Shown: positions 30,450 to 41,488, counted from the first letter of the stretch. The stretch: DNA of 64,000 nt from Longimicrobiales bacterium (GCA_963664435.2 CAXXKM010000003.1:512001-576000), one strand, 5' to 3'. Numbers and translations are program-made. Notes: generated from the letters alone by a model not told the origin.

Positions 30450-32126
30450 TTATCCGGCATAGGGAATCCGGGATTCCCGTACCGTGACGTTCAATCGTCG
30501 CGCTTCAGGTCCGGTGAATGGGTTATCCCCCACGCATGGACCTAACACTACATCAACCGGATACACATCCCGTCCCAGCTCAATATACTCGCCACGGTTC
30601 GATGCGTCTCTCTTGATTCCCGGGTCTTTAGGCCACACGGTTACGACGATACGAGCTTCTCTCTCATATTCAAACTGCCGAGACTTGAACAGATATCGAA
30701 TCTCCTCCAGGAGAACCTTTACGCAGTTCGACAAGGCCGTCTTTTCTTCGTTCGACGAAACAGCATGCTGGAGCTCGGTTATGTGATACAGCGCTGGTCG
30801 AATCGTATCAACTAATCCTTGGGCATCGGCACCGTCGTATGCGACCTTGTAGAGCCGCGGCGTCAGCGCCTGCCATCGCGGAACATATTTCGTGATGGCA
30901 GGTGCGGCAAAAAGCCCTTCTGCGTGATACACCGATGCGGTTTCATGTGTGTTCGCCGTCTGTGAGAACACCGTACACGGGTACACCAAACACGCACCGG
31001 TTGCTTCGATTCCATCGGTTCTTCCGTATAGTCTCCAGTGTAATAGGTGGTCGTCAGCCGGTGCAGGCTCATTGGATCGGCCTTCGGGTCTGACAACAAA
31101 ACTCCCAATATACGCAGTCGGCAATCCGTGCTCGTCGTCACTGTCGAGAAACCCCTCCGCGATCTCTTCGCCGATTACGCTTCGAAGAATGGAACCTTCA
31201 GATGGATCATTCATTCTGTCGGCCCTGTGAACACGAAAGGGAGACATGTCCAGAACGAGCGCCTGCGAAGTTCCGAGTGACGTGTAATGGACCGCTGCAT
31301 CACGACTGTTGCAACATAGATGCTGTTTCACTTCGAGAACAGCTTGTCGGAGTGCACACAATGCTCGGAAAACCTCGGGTCTCCCTTCAACCTTGGGATA
31401 GCGTTCACAGAAAAAAGCGGCGAACGGGGTTTTGGTACGGCAATAGGCGATCGCGGACCTAGTGTCAGGTAACTTGTACATCTTGTCGAACCATGCCAAT
31501 GCTTCAACTGGGTCCTTCTTGTCGTCCAGGTACACCTCCGCCAGCGCATGGCAAGCGTCGACGTTTTCCTCGTGTGCGTCCAACGCAGCGACATAGGATT
31601 CTATCGCGTCACGTACTTCTCCAGCTTGGCGATGGGCATTCCCCTTCCAGAAGAGCGCATCGGCATTTGGTTGCGATGAGATTGCTGCGGTGAAACAACC
31701 GATGGCCTCTCTGGTCTTTCCCATCGCCAGCAGTGCTCGACCTAGACTGACTCTAACGTGCCAAGCTCCTCCCAAAGCGATGGCCTGACGGTAGTGGAAT
31801 ACACTGTTCTTGTGATCCTTCAACATGCCGTAGACGGTTCCGATTGCGTCGTGAACGTCCGCATGAGGTCTTATCGAGAGGCATCCCTTGAAATAGTCTA
31901 AAGCCCTCCGAGGTTCCGAATCGAAGAGATGAAGAAGGCCCAGCTTGTAGTACGCATCGGCTGCACTGCCACGGGAGATGTGCGGTGAAGCGACGGCGGC
32001 GTTGAGTGAATTCACCGCATTGACCCAGGAAGTGAGACGGCCTACCGTATCGGTTGCCTTGAGGCAGTCCATCCAGCTCGCGATCCCTTGGCGATAATCG
32101 ACCTCGCCACTGCTTGTTGGCGTCAT
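30450..32126 (-). CDS. TPR repeat + DUF2971-like protein
   Basis: N-terminal TPRs; HYTS, MNDPSEG, WRLYG, FKSRQFEYEREAR; ATG overlaps the upstream stop (ATGA). Confidence 0.75.
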   Translation of the reverse strand: MTPTSSGEVDYRQGIASWMDCLKATDTVGRLTSWVNAVNSLNAAVASPHISRGSAADAYYKLGLLHLFDSEPRRALDYFKGCLSIRPHADVHDAIGTVYGMLKDHKNSVFHYRQAIALGGAWHVRVSLGRALLAMGKTREAIGCFTAAISSQPNADALFWKGNAHRQAGEVRDAIESYVAALDAHEENVDACHALAEVYLDDKKDPVEALAWFDKMYKLPDTRSAIAYCRTKTPFAAFFCERYPKVEGRPEVFRALCALRQAVLEVKQHLCCNSRDAAVHYTSLGTSQALVLDMSPFRVHRADRMNDPSEGSILRSVIGEEIAEGFLDSDDEHGLPTAYIGSFVVRPEGRSNEPAPADDHLLHWRLYGRTDGIEATGACLVYPCTVFSQTANTHETASVYHAEGLFAAPAITKYVPRWQALTPRLYKVAYDGADAQGLVDTIRPALYHITELQHAVSSNEEKTALSNCVKVLLEEIRYLFKSRQFEYEREARIVVTVWPKDPGIKRDASNRGEYIELGRDVYPVDVVLGPCVGDNPFTGPEARRLNVTVRESRIPYAG

Positions 32127-32533
32127 ATGTCCCTGCTCGACACCGTCCGGTAAGTGATTGGCCGGCATCCTCCGTTGCTCCACTGCTCCTCTTCCGCGGC
32201 CTTGCAGACTGGGAAGGCGATTACGTCGGCGTTGACCATACCGAAATCCCACGCGCGGTCATGATCCGAGGGGCTATGGGACATCGACAGATCGGGCCTC
32301 GTCTTCGCACGGCTCTCGACGCGAAGTCCGCACAGCTCGCAAACGAGGTCTGGGATACGGACCCGCTTGCGCTTGACATCCTTCCAGAGCTTCGTGTCCA
32401 TCGCGCCGCATTCGAACTCGACGATGCGGTGGCCCAGCCGCTCGAGGTCCTGCGCCACTTGTCGGCTGCCCATCGCGCCGAGGGCTATCTTTCGAAAGAA
32501 ACTGGAATCAGGCTTGAGTGCGAGAGGTGGCAT
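32123..32533 (-). CDS. Short PD-(D/E)xK-like protein, possibly truncated
   Basis: RIPDLVCELCGLRVESRAK motif with CxxC. Confidence 0.5.
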   Translation of the reverse strand: MPPLALKPDSSFFRKIALGAMGSRQVAQDLERLGHRIVEFECGAMDTKLWKDVKRKRVRIPDLVCELCGLRVESRAKTRPDLSMSHSPSDHDRAWDFGMVNADVIAFPVCKAAEEEQWSNGGCRPITYRTVSSRDI

Positions 32534-33212
32534 GATGTGAATCTAACCAAAGGCTCTCGGGCCAGCGAACGAAGGGGAACCCCCGCCAGCCTTCACCGCT
32601 ACAAGACCGATCCTGCGGCCTAGGGACTGCCCAGACTGTTTCCCCGAGGGCTGGTTTGTTGGGCTGGTCCAGGGCCCCTGCGGAGCGTTCACTTGCATCC
32701 CTTCCCCTCCTTCGGGCGCGATTACCGTCGGTCGTCCGAACGGCGCACGCTGCACAGGCGCTGGTGGCACCGGTTGCGAACCCCTGGTTCGGTGGCGCCG
32801 CGGGCTGCAACGGGGCAGCCGCACTCCTCCGGGCTACGGCCGCTTCCGGAGCCGTTCTCGCATCCCCATAAGCCCACGGCTCTCGCGGATCCAACCCTGG
32901 ATTTCGGGCCTCGAGCCCATCGGGATTCGTGACGACGACCGTGTGAACGAACCAGCCAGGACAACTTCCTCGACGCGTGCGAAGTTGCGTTGACGACCTC
33001 ATCCATCAGCCCCACTGCGTCCGCCGGACCACCTTGCACTCCGCCGCATCGGCGAGCGTCACGTGGTCCAGAAGCGCCACGTAATTGACATTCTTGCCCC
33101 TGAGACTCATCACTTCTTTGTCCGTCAGTGTTTCTCCTTCCGCTCCTCGGACTACACCAGCCTGTAGCAAAGCAACTCTGGCCAGTTACGTCTCGTGGCC
33201 AGCTTTGCCATC

Positions 33213-34104
33213 CTATTCTTGGGTATGCGTCCCCTCTCCCTCTTGCTGTAGTTGACGATTGAGTTGTGTCTGCATCATCATCGTAGTGAACCAATAATCG
33301 AGGTAACTGAGAGGTTTGATCTCCGCACGCTGTTCTAAACAATGGTCGATCAAGTTGGTAGCGAACCAGAGAAACGAATACGCCTGCGTCGGCGGTAGAG
33401 CGGGCGCTCCCAACTCTCCAACGGCCATGTAGGTGGAGCCCGTGAACATGGTACCCCTGTCCAACGGCACACTCCTTCGCTCACCGGGAATGACCATACC
33501 CTTTCCGAGCAGGTAGAACATGTTCGGCCAGTATTCGCGCCGGACCTCCTGCATCTCGTCGTTGGCGACTTCCGCTAGCTTCCCAAGTCCCCAATCGGAA
33601 TCGTAGGCGAACACGGCGTAACACAGTTTGGCGCCGGCATCAGCGATCTGGTCTCTCTCTACCGTTGGCCAACCGAACAGCTTCTTGATGCTGATGCAGT
33701 TGATGGCGGCCTCTCGGACAGTAGACCTCGTTAGGTTTGACTTCACTTGAATCGATGCGACACACGACTCGATTGGGTAGTAGTCCTCGTCCGGCAAGAT
33801 CCTACCTGCGACATTCCGATCTACAAACAGGAGATCCTGTTCCTTTGCTGGCAGCCATGTATCGATTGAGGCCGAATCCCTTTACCACGGACACCGTCCG
33901 CGGCAGCATCTGGGCAAACAAATTCTGCAGCGGGTTCTCCCGCGATGAACCCCTATGCAGTGGATGATCTACGCCCGACTTCTGTTCGCCGAGTGCCTCT
34001 AACACTACCAGCGCCTTCTCAAACCACTGGGGCATTTTCGACGCGTCGATACTCATCCCGGGTTGCAGCTTTTGGACCGCCGATTGGAACTCTTCCCTGT
34101 TCAA
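33213..34104 (-). pseudogene. DUF6602-like nuclease, frameshifted at ~33845
   Basis: H..RG..RE..L..LP in one frame; EQDLLFVD..PIES..IQVKS.LT in the next; a single extra A joins them; AAGGAG RBS before TTG. Confidence 0.65.
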
Positions 34105-34259
34105 TTTCAGTCTCCTTTTGGTTTTCGCACACTGCCTCGGCAGAGAGCGTTACCGCGATTCGGTTCCCGGTAAAGCTAATGGAGGCCAAGGGACCGCCGG
34201 GGCTGCGGGCAACCTCGTTTCTGGCAACGGGGCACGCCACAACATCCCACGCGGTGCCG

Positions 34260-34390
34260 GAAGCGGCGCCCCCACACCTGCCGGAGCAGCGTCTCGGTGG
34301 TGATGATCCGTCCTCCGGCTGCCGACAGGTCGCGCCGCAGGTCGAACTTGGTGGTGGTGAGCCGGACCTTGCGGTCGCGACGCTCACGCT
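34260..34390 (-). pseudogene. OmpR-type winged-helix remnant
   Basis: VRLTTTKFDL..LS..GGRIITTETLLRQVWG. Confidence 0.5.
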
Positions 34391-34464
34391 GCACAGGCGT
34401 TGGTGGCCGGTTATGGATCCTCTTTGGGGGATGTTCCCCTCCGGCCTCCAGACCGTAGACGGCC

Positions 34465-35040
34465 TCAGCCGCTGGCGTGTGCGTGTTCTTCAGTGTCATG
34501 CGGCTCGACGCGCTCTCCGGCAACGAAGCATGTTTCCAGATTATCGGGAACCGGTGTGCCGGTGACTTCGGACATGGCCTCCATCAACTCGGGGAAATGG
34601 ACGGTAAGATGACCGGGCTTGTCCAGCATCTGATTCAGCCACTTCATGACCCTTGAGTCCTCGACGAAGACACACCTAGCTCGGTTCAAGAGCCCCGGTA
34701 TCGGACTGTATCGGTCGTGCTGATACCTTGGCGTCAACCAGTGCAGGTTACTCAGCAGATCGAGCATCAGGTCCCGTTTTTCGGCGACCGTGACCCTCTT
34801 TCGTTGCCACCGCACCAGCAAGAACAGGACGATGCCGACGGCGACCCATGAGGCCGACGCGATCCACACCCAACTGCCCATGGTGTCGGTTACTTGCGTG
34901 TACACACGCAGGGCTACCGGCGGGATCCCGACGGCCGTAATCCCCCGCCACGCGGCGCCAGCACCCTTGATGAACGCCCCCATACGCTTCGCGCGGTTGA
35001 GCGCGCTGCTTTCCTCGACCCTGCCCGGTTGCTTGCCCAT
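34465..35040 (-). CDS. Hypothetical membrane protein
   Basis: 191-aa ORF with a hydrophobic segment followed by a soluble domain. Confidence 0.5.
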   Translation of the reverse strand: MGKQPGRVEESSALNRAKRMGAFIKGAGAAWRGITAVGIPPVALRVYTQVTDTMGSWVWIASASWVAVGIVLFLLVRWQRKRVTVAEKRDLMLDLLSNLHWLTPRYQHDRYSPIPGLLNRARCVFVEDSRVMKWLNQMLDKPGHLTVHFPELMEAMSEVTGTPVPDNLETCFVAGERVEPHDTEEHAHASG

Positions 35041-35059
35041 GCCAGTACGTTAACGAGGC

Positions 35060-35650
35060 GGGGCGTGGTCCACGAGGTCCCCCGCCATACCGATCCGGTG
35101 CAAATGCTTCGAGGCGGCACCACCAACGCACGCTGAAGACAGGCGCGTGGGAGAGGTGTGTGCGGGCCGTGGGTCGCCCGTAGTTCGGTCGCAACGGTCC
35201 CACCCAAGTTTGGCCGTGGCCCAGTTGGCCTCCTAGTCGCTCTTTGAGCGGCGCATGAAAGACCCCTGCCGACCCGTCGTTCTCGAATCCCACGTCGGCT
35301 CAGATGACCGCGACATTCTCGGAGCGGCGAAGCATGGCGTCCCGCATCACTGAATGAGCGCCATGCCCACGCGTCTGCGGTGGCGGGCCGTGCGCGTCCT
35401 CGGTCCGACCGCCCAGGGTCCGGTGCACGTCAGATGGGCGGTAGTACGGATCGCCGCCACCGCCCGGGCCGTCAGCGCGGCAGCCTGTTTCGTGGTGCGG
35501 TCTTTCGCAGCCGGGCCGGTGATGCCCAGGACGCGGCACACCCCTTTGTTGTCGGCCGGGTTCGCGTGTCCCGCTTCGCGGTGATGGTAGCGGATGGCTG
35601 CTTGGCCATGACGGAACAACGAAGGTAACAGGCCCTCGGCACACCCCTGC
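35060..35650 (-). pseudogene. Degraded tyrosine recombinase
   Basis: Fragments across frames: HHREAGHANPADN, KQAAALT, VMRDAMLRRSE, ADVGFENDGS. Confidence 0.65.
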
Positions 35651-35912
35651 CTCCCGCCCCGCCACGATGCGAGCGCTGCCCAATGCGACGGGCATGCTCC
35701 TTGCAAGAGGTCTCAGCCAGTCCGGCAGGCCGAACGCCGATTCAGTCCGGTCGGCCGGCCGCGGGTTCCCTAAGGAACGCGGCGAGCCCTGCCGGGTGTG
35801 AATAAAGAGAGCGACTGGACGGGCCCAGTGATTCGACATTGGCCCCAAAGACGCTCTCAGACGGGAGAGGACGCCCGAATGGGCGATGTCCTCAGCGATA
35901 CTCCGGTCCGTA

Positions 35913-35944
35913 TTGCGCACGATAACTGGATTTATCGCGCGCTA
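35913..35944 (+). repeat. lox-like recombination site (left)
   Basis: TTGCGCACGATAA-CTGGAT-TTATCGCGCGCTA; 30/32 identical to the reverse complement of 37111-37142. Confidence 0.85.
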
Positions 35945-35979
35945 CGGCGATGTAATCGCTTCGCTATCACGCGATTACG

Positions 35980-36008
35980 AGCTTATGCGACCGCGGTCTC
36001 CCGCGCAA
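35980..36008 (-). promoter_or_regulatory. Outward-facing sigma70-type promoter inside the invertible segment
   Basis: Minus strand TTGCGC-17 bp-TAAGCT, followed by the hairpin GTAATCGC..GCGATTAC. Confidence 0.55.
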
Positions 36009-36089
36009 TGGTCTGAGAGAGAGGTCCGGGAGCAGCGGTCATGCCGACCGTTGGCCGTATGTTCCTGAACCCCGATGACGAGGCGATCT

Positions 36090-37073
36090 TCAGCGCTGCT
36101 GCCTGGCGGCCAATTGTGCCGCGCCGCTGCGTCGCGCCAGCAATCGCTCGCCGTAGCGTTGGACCATCCGCGCACTCTTCCAGCGCCCGGCCTGCAGGAT
36201 CGCCGGCAACTCGATTCCGCAGGCAATCATGTCTTGGACCGGCCCCACGCGCGTGCTGTGCCCCGCCAAGGCGTCCACAGTGTCGGCGGGAAGCCCGGCA
36301 CGCAGGGCCATTGACTTGTAGATGCGGGGCACCTGACTCGGCGGGAGTTGCTCCCCCACCGAGCCGTCCTTGCGCACCGAACGGAACAACCGCCCCTCAG
36401 CGGTCCCGCTGCGGCCGAGCCATATCTTGACGATCCTCACCGTGTCGCGCGCGAGAAAGAGCATGGCGCCTGCCCCCTCGGGATCCGTCTTGCTCGTTCG
36501 CACGAGCAGCGTTGCGGAACCATCGGCTTCCTCCACGAGGTCGGACACGTCCAGCGACACCAGCTCGGATCGCCGCAAGAGCGTGTCGTAGGCCACGGCT
36601 AGCAGCGCGCGATTCCGGGCGTCGATCAGCCGCTTTCCCGCCGCCTTGATCAGTCGGTTCCGGAGCGGCCAAGTGAGCCCCGTCACCTGAGTTTGTCTGC
36701 GCCCCCGGTTCCGGTACATCCGCTGGAGGGCCAGCTTCACGGCCGTGCTGTCCGCCGGGTTCGGCAGGCGTAGCGTCTTGTGGAGCGTAGCGATGCTGGA
36801 GACGTAGCGGCGCACGGTGGCCGGAGCCCTGCTGCTGCCCATGTCGTCGATGAAGGCGATCAAGGTGTTGGCGCTCGCGGGCACGGCCACCGTGCCGTCC
36901 TGCTCGCACCAGACGAGGAATACCCGCAGGTCGGCCCTCAGCGCCCGTTCCGTGTTGCGGCTGAAGGCGCTGCTAACCGTCTCGAAGAAGCGAGCTAACT
37001 GCTCCGCCACCTCCGCGTCTGATTCTGCACCGGTCAAGGCATCTATATGTGGTGTTGTGTCTGCATCTGGCAT
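36090..37073 (-). CDS. Cre-like tyrosine recombinase
   Basis: LLRRSEL, SKTD, GHSTRVG, AGRW, RY catalytic set; GGAGG RBS. Confidence 0.9.
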   Translation of the reverse strand: MPDADTTPHIDALTGAESDAEVAEQLARFFETVSSAFSRNTERALRADLRVFLVWCEQDGTVAVPASANTLIAFIDDMGSSRAPATVRRYVSSIATLHKTLRLPNPADSTAVKLALQRMYRNRGRRQTQVTGLTWPLRNRLIKAAGKRLIDARNRALLAVAYDTLLRRSELVSLDVSDLVEEADGSATLLVRTSKTDPEGAGAMLFLARDTVRIVKIWLGRSGTAEGRLFRSVRKDGSVGEQLPPSQVPRIYKSMALRAGLPADTVDALAGHSTRVGPVQDMIACGIELPAILQAGRWKSARMVQRYGERLLARRSGAAQLAARQQR

Positions 37074-37110
37074 CAAGTGGCCTCCGGTTCGGTCGCAAGG
37101 ACCGCGCGTC

Positions 37111-37142
37111 TTGCGCGCGATAAATCCAGTTATCGCGCGCAA
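37111..37142 (-). repeat. lox-like recombination site (right, inverted)
   Basis: TTGCGCGCGATAA-ATCCAG-TTATCGCGCGCAA: perfect 13-bp arms, asymmetric 6-bp spacer. Confidence 0.85.
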
Positions 37143-38009
37143 AACTCCCTGCGAAACAGGAGGCGAACTCGAGGATGAACGAGGATGAACATGATTGGTC
37201 AAAGGACTAAGCTGGATGGATTGGCGCGCCTCGCGCGTCCGTGGCAGGCGACACTCGCCCTGACCGTCGCCCTGCTGGCGGGCACCGGGACTGCTGCGGC
37301 ACAGGACACCATGCCCCCGGGGCTGGAGTACGCGAGGATCGACGGGACGACGCTGACACTCCGATTCGATAAGCCGGTGGGGTTAGGGATGCCCAAGCAG
37401 GTCGTGCACGGGTTCACGGTCGCCGGGATCTCGGACAGCGCCAGCGTGCATCCGACTGAGATGAAGTGGAACGCCTGGACGGCCACACTCGAATTCGACA
37501 CGCGCGCGGAACCGGGGCAGACAGTCACGGTGAGCTACGATCCGGACGAGGTCCCCAACTCGCCCCCCACTCCGGAGCACCCGAATGGGCTGCCCGCGGC
37601 CCTGGTCTACACCGACGGCACCTTGGTGCCGAAGTTCTCCGACGCGCCGGTGACCATCCTGGCTCCGAAGCCCGCGACGGACCTCACGTTTTCGAACCAG
37701 TTCGGGTTGACAGTCGATCTGTCCTGGACGCCGCCCGTCCATCCCGAGGGCGTGGTCGCCAAGGTGGTAGTTGACGTGTCGTCAGACTCGCTTTTCTACA
37801 CGATTGGACGTTGGGCAATCCATGCGGACTCGACCTCGATAACAATGATGATACAACACGGATGGGGTTACACTGATTACTTCCGCGTCCGGTACTTAAC
37901 CGACAACTATCATGCGGATTCCGAGGTCGCGACGTGGACGAGTACGCAGGAGGGTCTGAAAGCGCCCACCGGCTTGACGGCGTCGAACGCGACGCAGACA
38001 ACGGTCGAC

Positions 38010-39089
38010 CTAGTGTTGTGCCGCTAAAGCGGTGTTGGCACGGTTGACCTTAGCCAGGATGTCGCGAACGGTGGCGGTCCAGACGAAGGGTTTCGGGGCG
38101 CGGTTCCTGTGGTCGATGTAGGACGTGATCGCGTGGACGAGCTGGCCGACGCTGTGGACGGCGAGGCGTTTGAGCTGGCGCTGCGTGAGTTCGGAGAAGA
38201 AGCGCTCGACGAGATTGAGCCACGAGGACGAGGTGGGCACGAAGTGGAAGTGGACTCGGGGGTGCCGGTCCAGCCAGTCCTTCACTCGGGCATGCTTGTG
38301 GGTGGCGTAGTTGTCGAGGATGAAGTGCAGGTCGAGTTCCGGGTCGCATTGTTTTTCGACGGTGCGCAGGAAGCGGAGGAACTCCTGGTGCCGGTGACGG
38401 GGCAGACACTGGTGGATGACCTCTCCGGTGGCGACGTCCAGCGCCGCGAACAGCGTCGTGGTCCCGTGGCGCTTGTAGTCGTGCGTCATGGTGCCCGCCC
38501 GTCCCTTCTTGAGCGGCAACCCCGGCTGGGTCCGGTCCAGGGCCTGGATCTGGCTCTTCTCGTCGAAGGAGAAGACGATCGCCCGCTCCGGCGGCGCCAC
38601 GTAGAGCCCCACCACGTCGCGGAGCTTCTCGACGAAGCGGGGATCGGTGGAGAGCTTGAAGTAGCGCACCCTGTGGGGCTTCAGTCCGTGGGCGTTCCAG
38701 ATCCGCCCCACCTGGCTGTGATGCAGCCCCATGCCCTCGGCCATCAGGCGGGTGCTCCAGTGCGTCCCCCGCGGCGGTTTCTCCTCGAGCGTGCGGCGCA
38801 CGACCTCGGCCTCGACTTCGGGCGTGATCGTACTTCGCGGCCGACCGGGGCGGGACCGATCCTCAAGTCCCGCGAGCCCCTCTTCGTCGTACCGGTCCAG
38901 CCATCTTTGCACGGTCGGCAGCGAGACGCCGATCTCGCGGGCCAGCGTCCGGCCCGGCAAACCTCCGGCCGAACCCAGTATGATCCGGGCGCGCTCCACG
39001 CGCCGCTGCGGGGTCGTGCGGGCTCGAACCCATCCCTCGAGCTCCTTGCGGTCCCCGGGTCGCAATCGAATCCTTCGCAGAGCAGGCAT
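38010..39089 (-). CDS. IS630 family transposase
   Basis: DEKSQIQALDR, THDYKRHGTT, LDNYATH, SSWLNLVERFF. Confidence 0.95.
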   Translation of the reverse strand: MPALRRIRLRPGDRKELEGWVRARTTPQRRVERARIILGSAGGLPGRTLAREIGVSLPTVQRWLDRYDEEGLAGLEDRSRPGRPRSTITPEVEAEVVRRTLEEKPPRGTHWSTRLMAEGMGLHHSQVGRIWNAHGLKPHRVRYFKLSTDPRFVEKLRDVVGLYVAPPERAIVFSFDEKSQIQALDRTQPGLPLKKGRAGTMTHDYKRHGTTTLFAALDVATGEVIHQCLPRHRHQEFLRFLRTVEKQCDPELDLHFILDNYATHKHARVKDWLDRHPRVHFHFVPTSSSWLNLVERFFSELTQRQLKRLAVHSVGQLVHAITSYIDHRNRAPKPFVWTATVRDILAKVNRANTALAAQH

Positions 39090-39149
39090 GCATGGAAGAT
39101 AGCGGCTTCTCCATGCGTTAACCCTGCCACTTATGCGACACTACACTAG
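38010..39149 (-). mobile_element. IS630 family insertion sequence
   Basis: CTAG at both ends; imperfect IRs TAGTGTTGTGCCGC / TAGTGTAGTGTCGC. Confidence 0.95.
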
Positions 39150-41488
39150 CATGGACGCTACCGGATCAGGCCGTGTGGGTAGCGCAGGCGGCGTCGGTGG
39201 GTGAGGTCTGGAGCGAAGTGCAACAGCAGCAGGCGGATGGGACCTGGAGCAGGGTGGCGAAGCTTGCCGCCGACGCGGTGGCGCACACAGTGACCGGACT
39301 GAGCGCCGGGACGGCCTACAGCTTCCGTGTTTTGCTCGATTCGCGCAATAACTTCGCGGACTCGGAGCCCGTGTCCGTGACCACCTTGGACGACAGGCCA
39401 CCGCTGACGGCGGCGTTCCACGATGTGCCGGCCACGCACGGCGGCAGGCGCGCCGACTTTAGCTTCGAGCTTCGTTTCAGCGAGAACTTCCCAGGGAAGC
39501 TGCCCTACAAGAAGCTCAGAGACGAGGCGCTTAGTGCGACGAACGGCAAAGTGACGCGCGCGCGCCGGGCGGCGCAGAACCAGAACCAGCGCTGGACGAT
39601 CACGGTGCGGCCGCTCTCTTCCGAGGACGTGACCGTGACGCTGGCGGCGACGACCGATTGCTCGGCCGCAGCCGCGATCTGCACGCCGGACGGACGACCG
39701 CTGTCGAACTCCCCCTCGGCGACGATCCAAGGGCCGTCGGCGCCGGAGGCGACCGGCGTGAACGTGTCATCGGACGCCGGCGCCGACAGCACCTATGTCT
39801 TGGGCGATACGATTCGCGTGACGCTGACGTTCAGCCAGCCGGTGGAGGTGACGGGCACGCCGCAGCTGAAGATCGACATGGACCCGGCGCACTGGGGCGA
39901 GAAGTTGGCCAACTACGAGAGCGGCGGAGCGGACGACATGACGTTCGCCCACGTGGTGGTGGAGCCTAATCTTTCAACCCAGGGGATCGCGGTGGTCGCG
40001 AACACGCTTCGGCTCAACGGTGGCACGATCAGGTCCAAGGCGACAGGTGCGGACGCAGACCTGACGCACGCGGGGCTGGGCCACGACCCGAGCCATAAGG
40101 TGGACTGGCGGCAGTCGGCGAGCTCGGGTGACGTGGCCAGCGGCGACGTGGTGGAAGATCCGTCGATTCTCGCGGACGAGGCGCTGGCCGTAGCGGACGG
40201 GTTGAGCCCGGACGAGGCCGCCGCGGCGCTGTTCGGTGAGGGGACGCTCAGCGAGGCCCGGCAGGCCGCGCTCGACCTTCTGGGCAACCGGAATGGCGGT
40301 TACGATCTCGGGGACCTGCTCTCCTGGATCGAGCGCTGCCGAAGAGGTGAAGCCCGGTGCGGAGGAACACCTACCGATTCCAGTCCCACTTCGGGCGCCG
40401 CCCTCATCGGGGCTGCGGCAGCCGGACGGCGGGGGAACTCCAGGCGCCGCGGGCGCTCACGAGTCCGCGGCACGGGTCGCCGGGCGGGCAAGGCCGGATG
40501 GGCGCTCACCGTGCTGCTTGCCGCCGCAATGACCTGGTCGTGCACCGGTGATGCGATGGCGCCAACCGCCCCGGCCGCCACTGTACCGGATCCGGGTTTC
40601 CTGACGGTCGAGTGGAGTGGGCCGGCAGCGAGAGCCGATATCGGCGTCCTGCTGGAGTTGGAGGGTCCCGCAATCGACGCCGTGCGGGCTTCCGGGCTCG
40701 AGCTGTTCGAATCCAGAGCAGAGGAGCGCCATCAGATCGTCGTGGCGGGCGTCCTCCGGCCCGGTCCCGTCATGCAGTTCCATGTGCCGGACCGCAACCA
40801 GTTCGCTCTGTACCGGGTCCGCGTTCTACAGGTCACGGGTGAGGGCTACGGCCTCCGGGACCCAGCGGAGTACCGGGCCGTGGTCGTCACGAACTGACAA
40901 CCCCGACCAAGATGGGTCCCCCGACGCGCCCGACGAGGTCCGAGTGCGTCGGGGGGGCCACGCCCGCAGCGGCCGGGGCGCGCGCAGGTGTCGCGCGTCC
41001 CGGCCGCCTAAGGGTTGCACCAAGCAGCGCCTTCTTGAGGGGCCGGATGACGCCGGGTTGTCCAGTAGAGCCCGCGTCACAGCCAACGCCGGCCTCCCGT
41101 CCCGCCATTCCCGCGCCCGTGACCAACGGCTCGCAGCCGCTGTAGGGCCACCCGCGCGTGGCACATTCCGTCACGCGCGCGGTCGGGACGCACACGGCGT
41201 CCCCCTCCGTGCCTCGCATCGGCAGGCTGACCTAACTCCGTCCACCTCCCGACCATCCCGCCCGGCTTCCCGGACGGCATCCGGTTCCTGCGGAGTTTCG
41301 ATTTCCGTCGCGCCGCACGGCGCGTGTCCCGAACCGGTCGCACCCGGGCCGGACTCCGTCGGCCGAGCCTCGCACGCCACCCCCCGCTCTCGCATCCCCT
41401 CCCGCCTCCCGCGGGCGTGCGCCGCCGCACTGGCGGCGGGCTTCCGGGCGTCCCGGACAACGTCGGATAACTACTTACACCACGGACA

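Larger units (their letters stand above)
37185..40897 (+). pseudogene. Secreted surface protein (SwmB-like, FN3, Ig-like domains) interrupted by IS630
   Basis: Signal peptide; removing the IS at CTAG rejoins TVD-LAWTLPDQAVWV in frame (about 858 aa). Confidence 0.85.

Noticed and set aside
32540..33200. Several short ORFs and possible structured RNA
   Set aside because: No consistent coding signal or recognisable RNA consensus.
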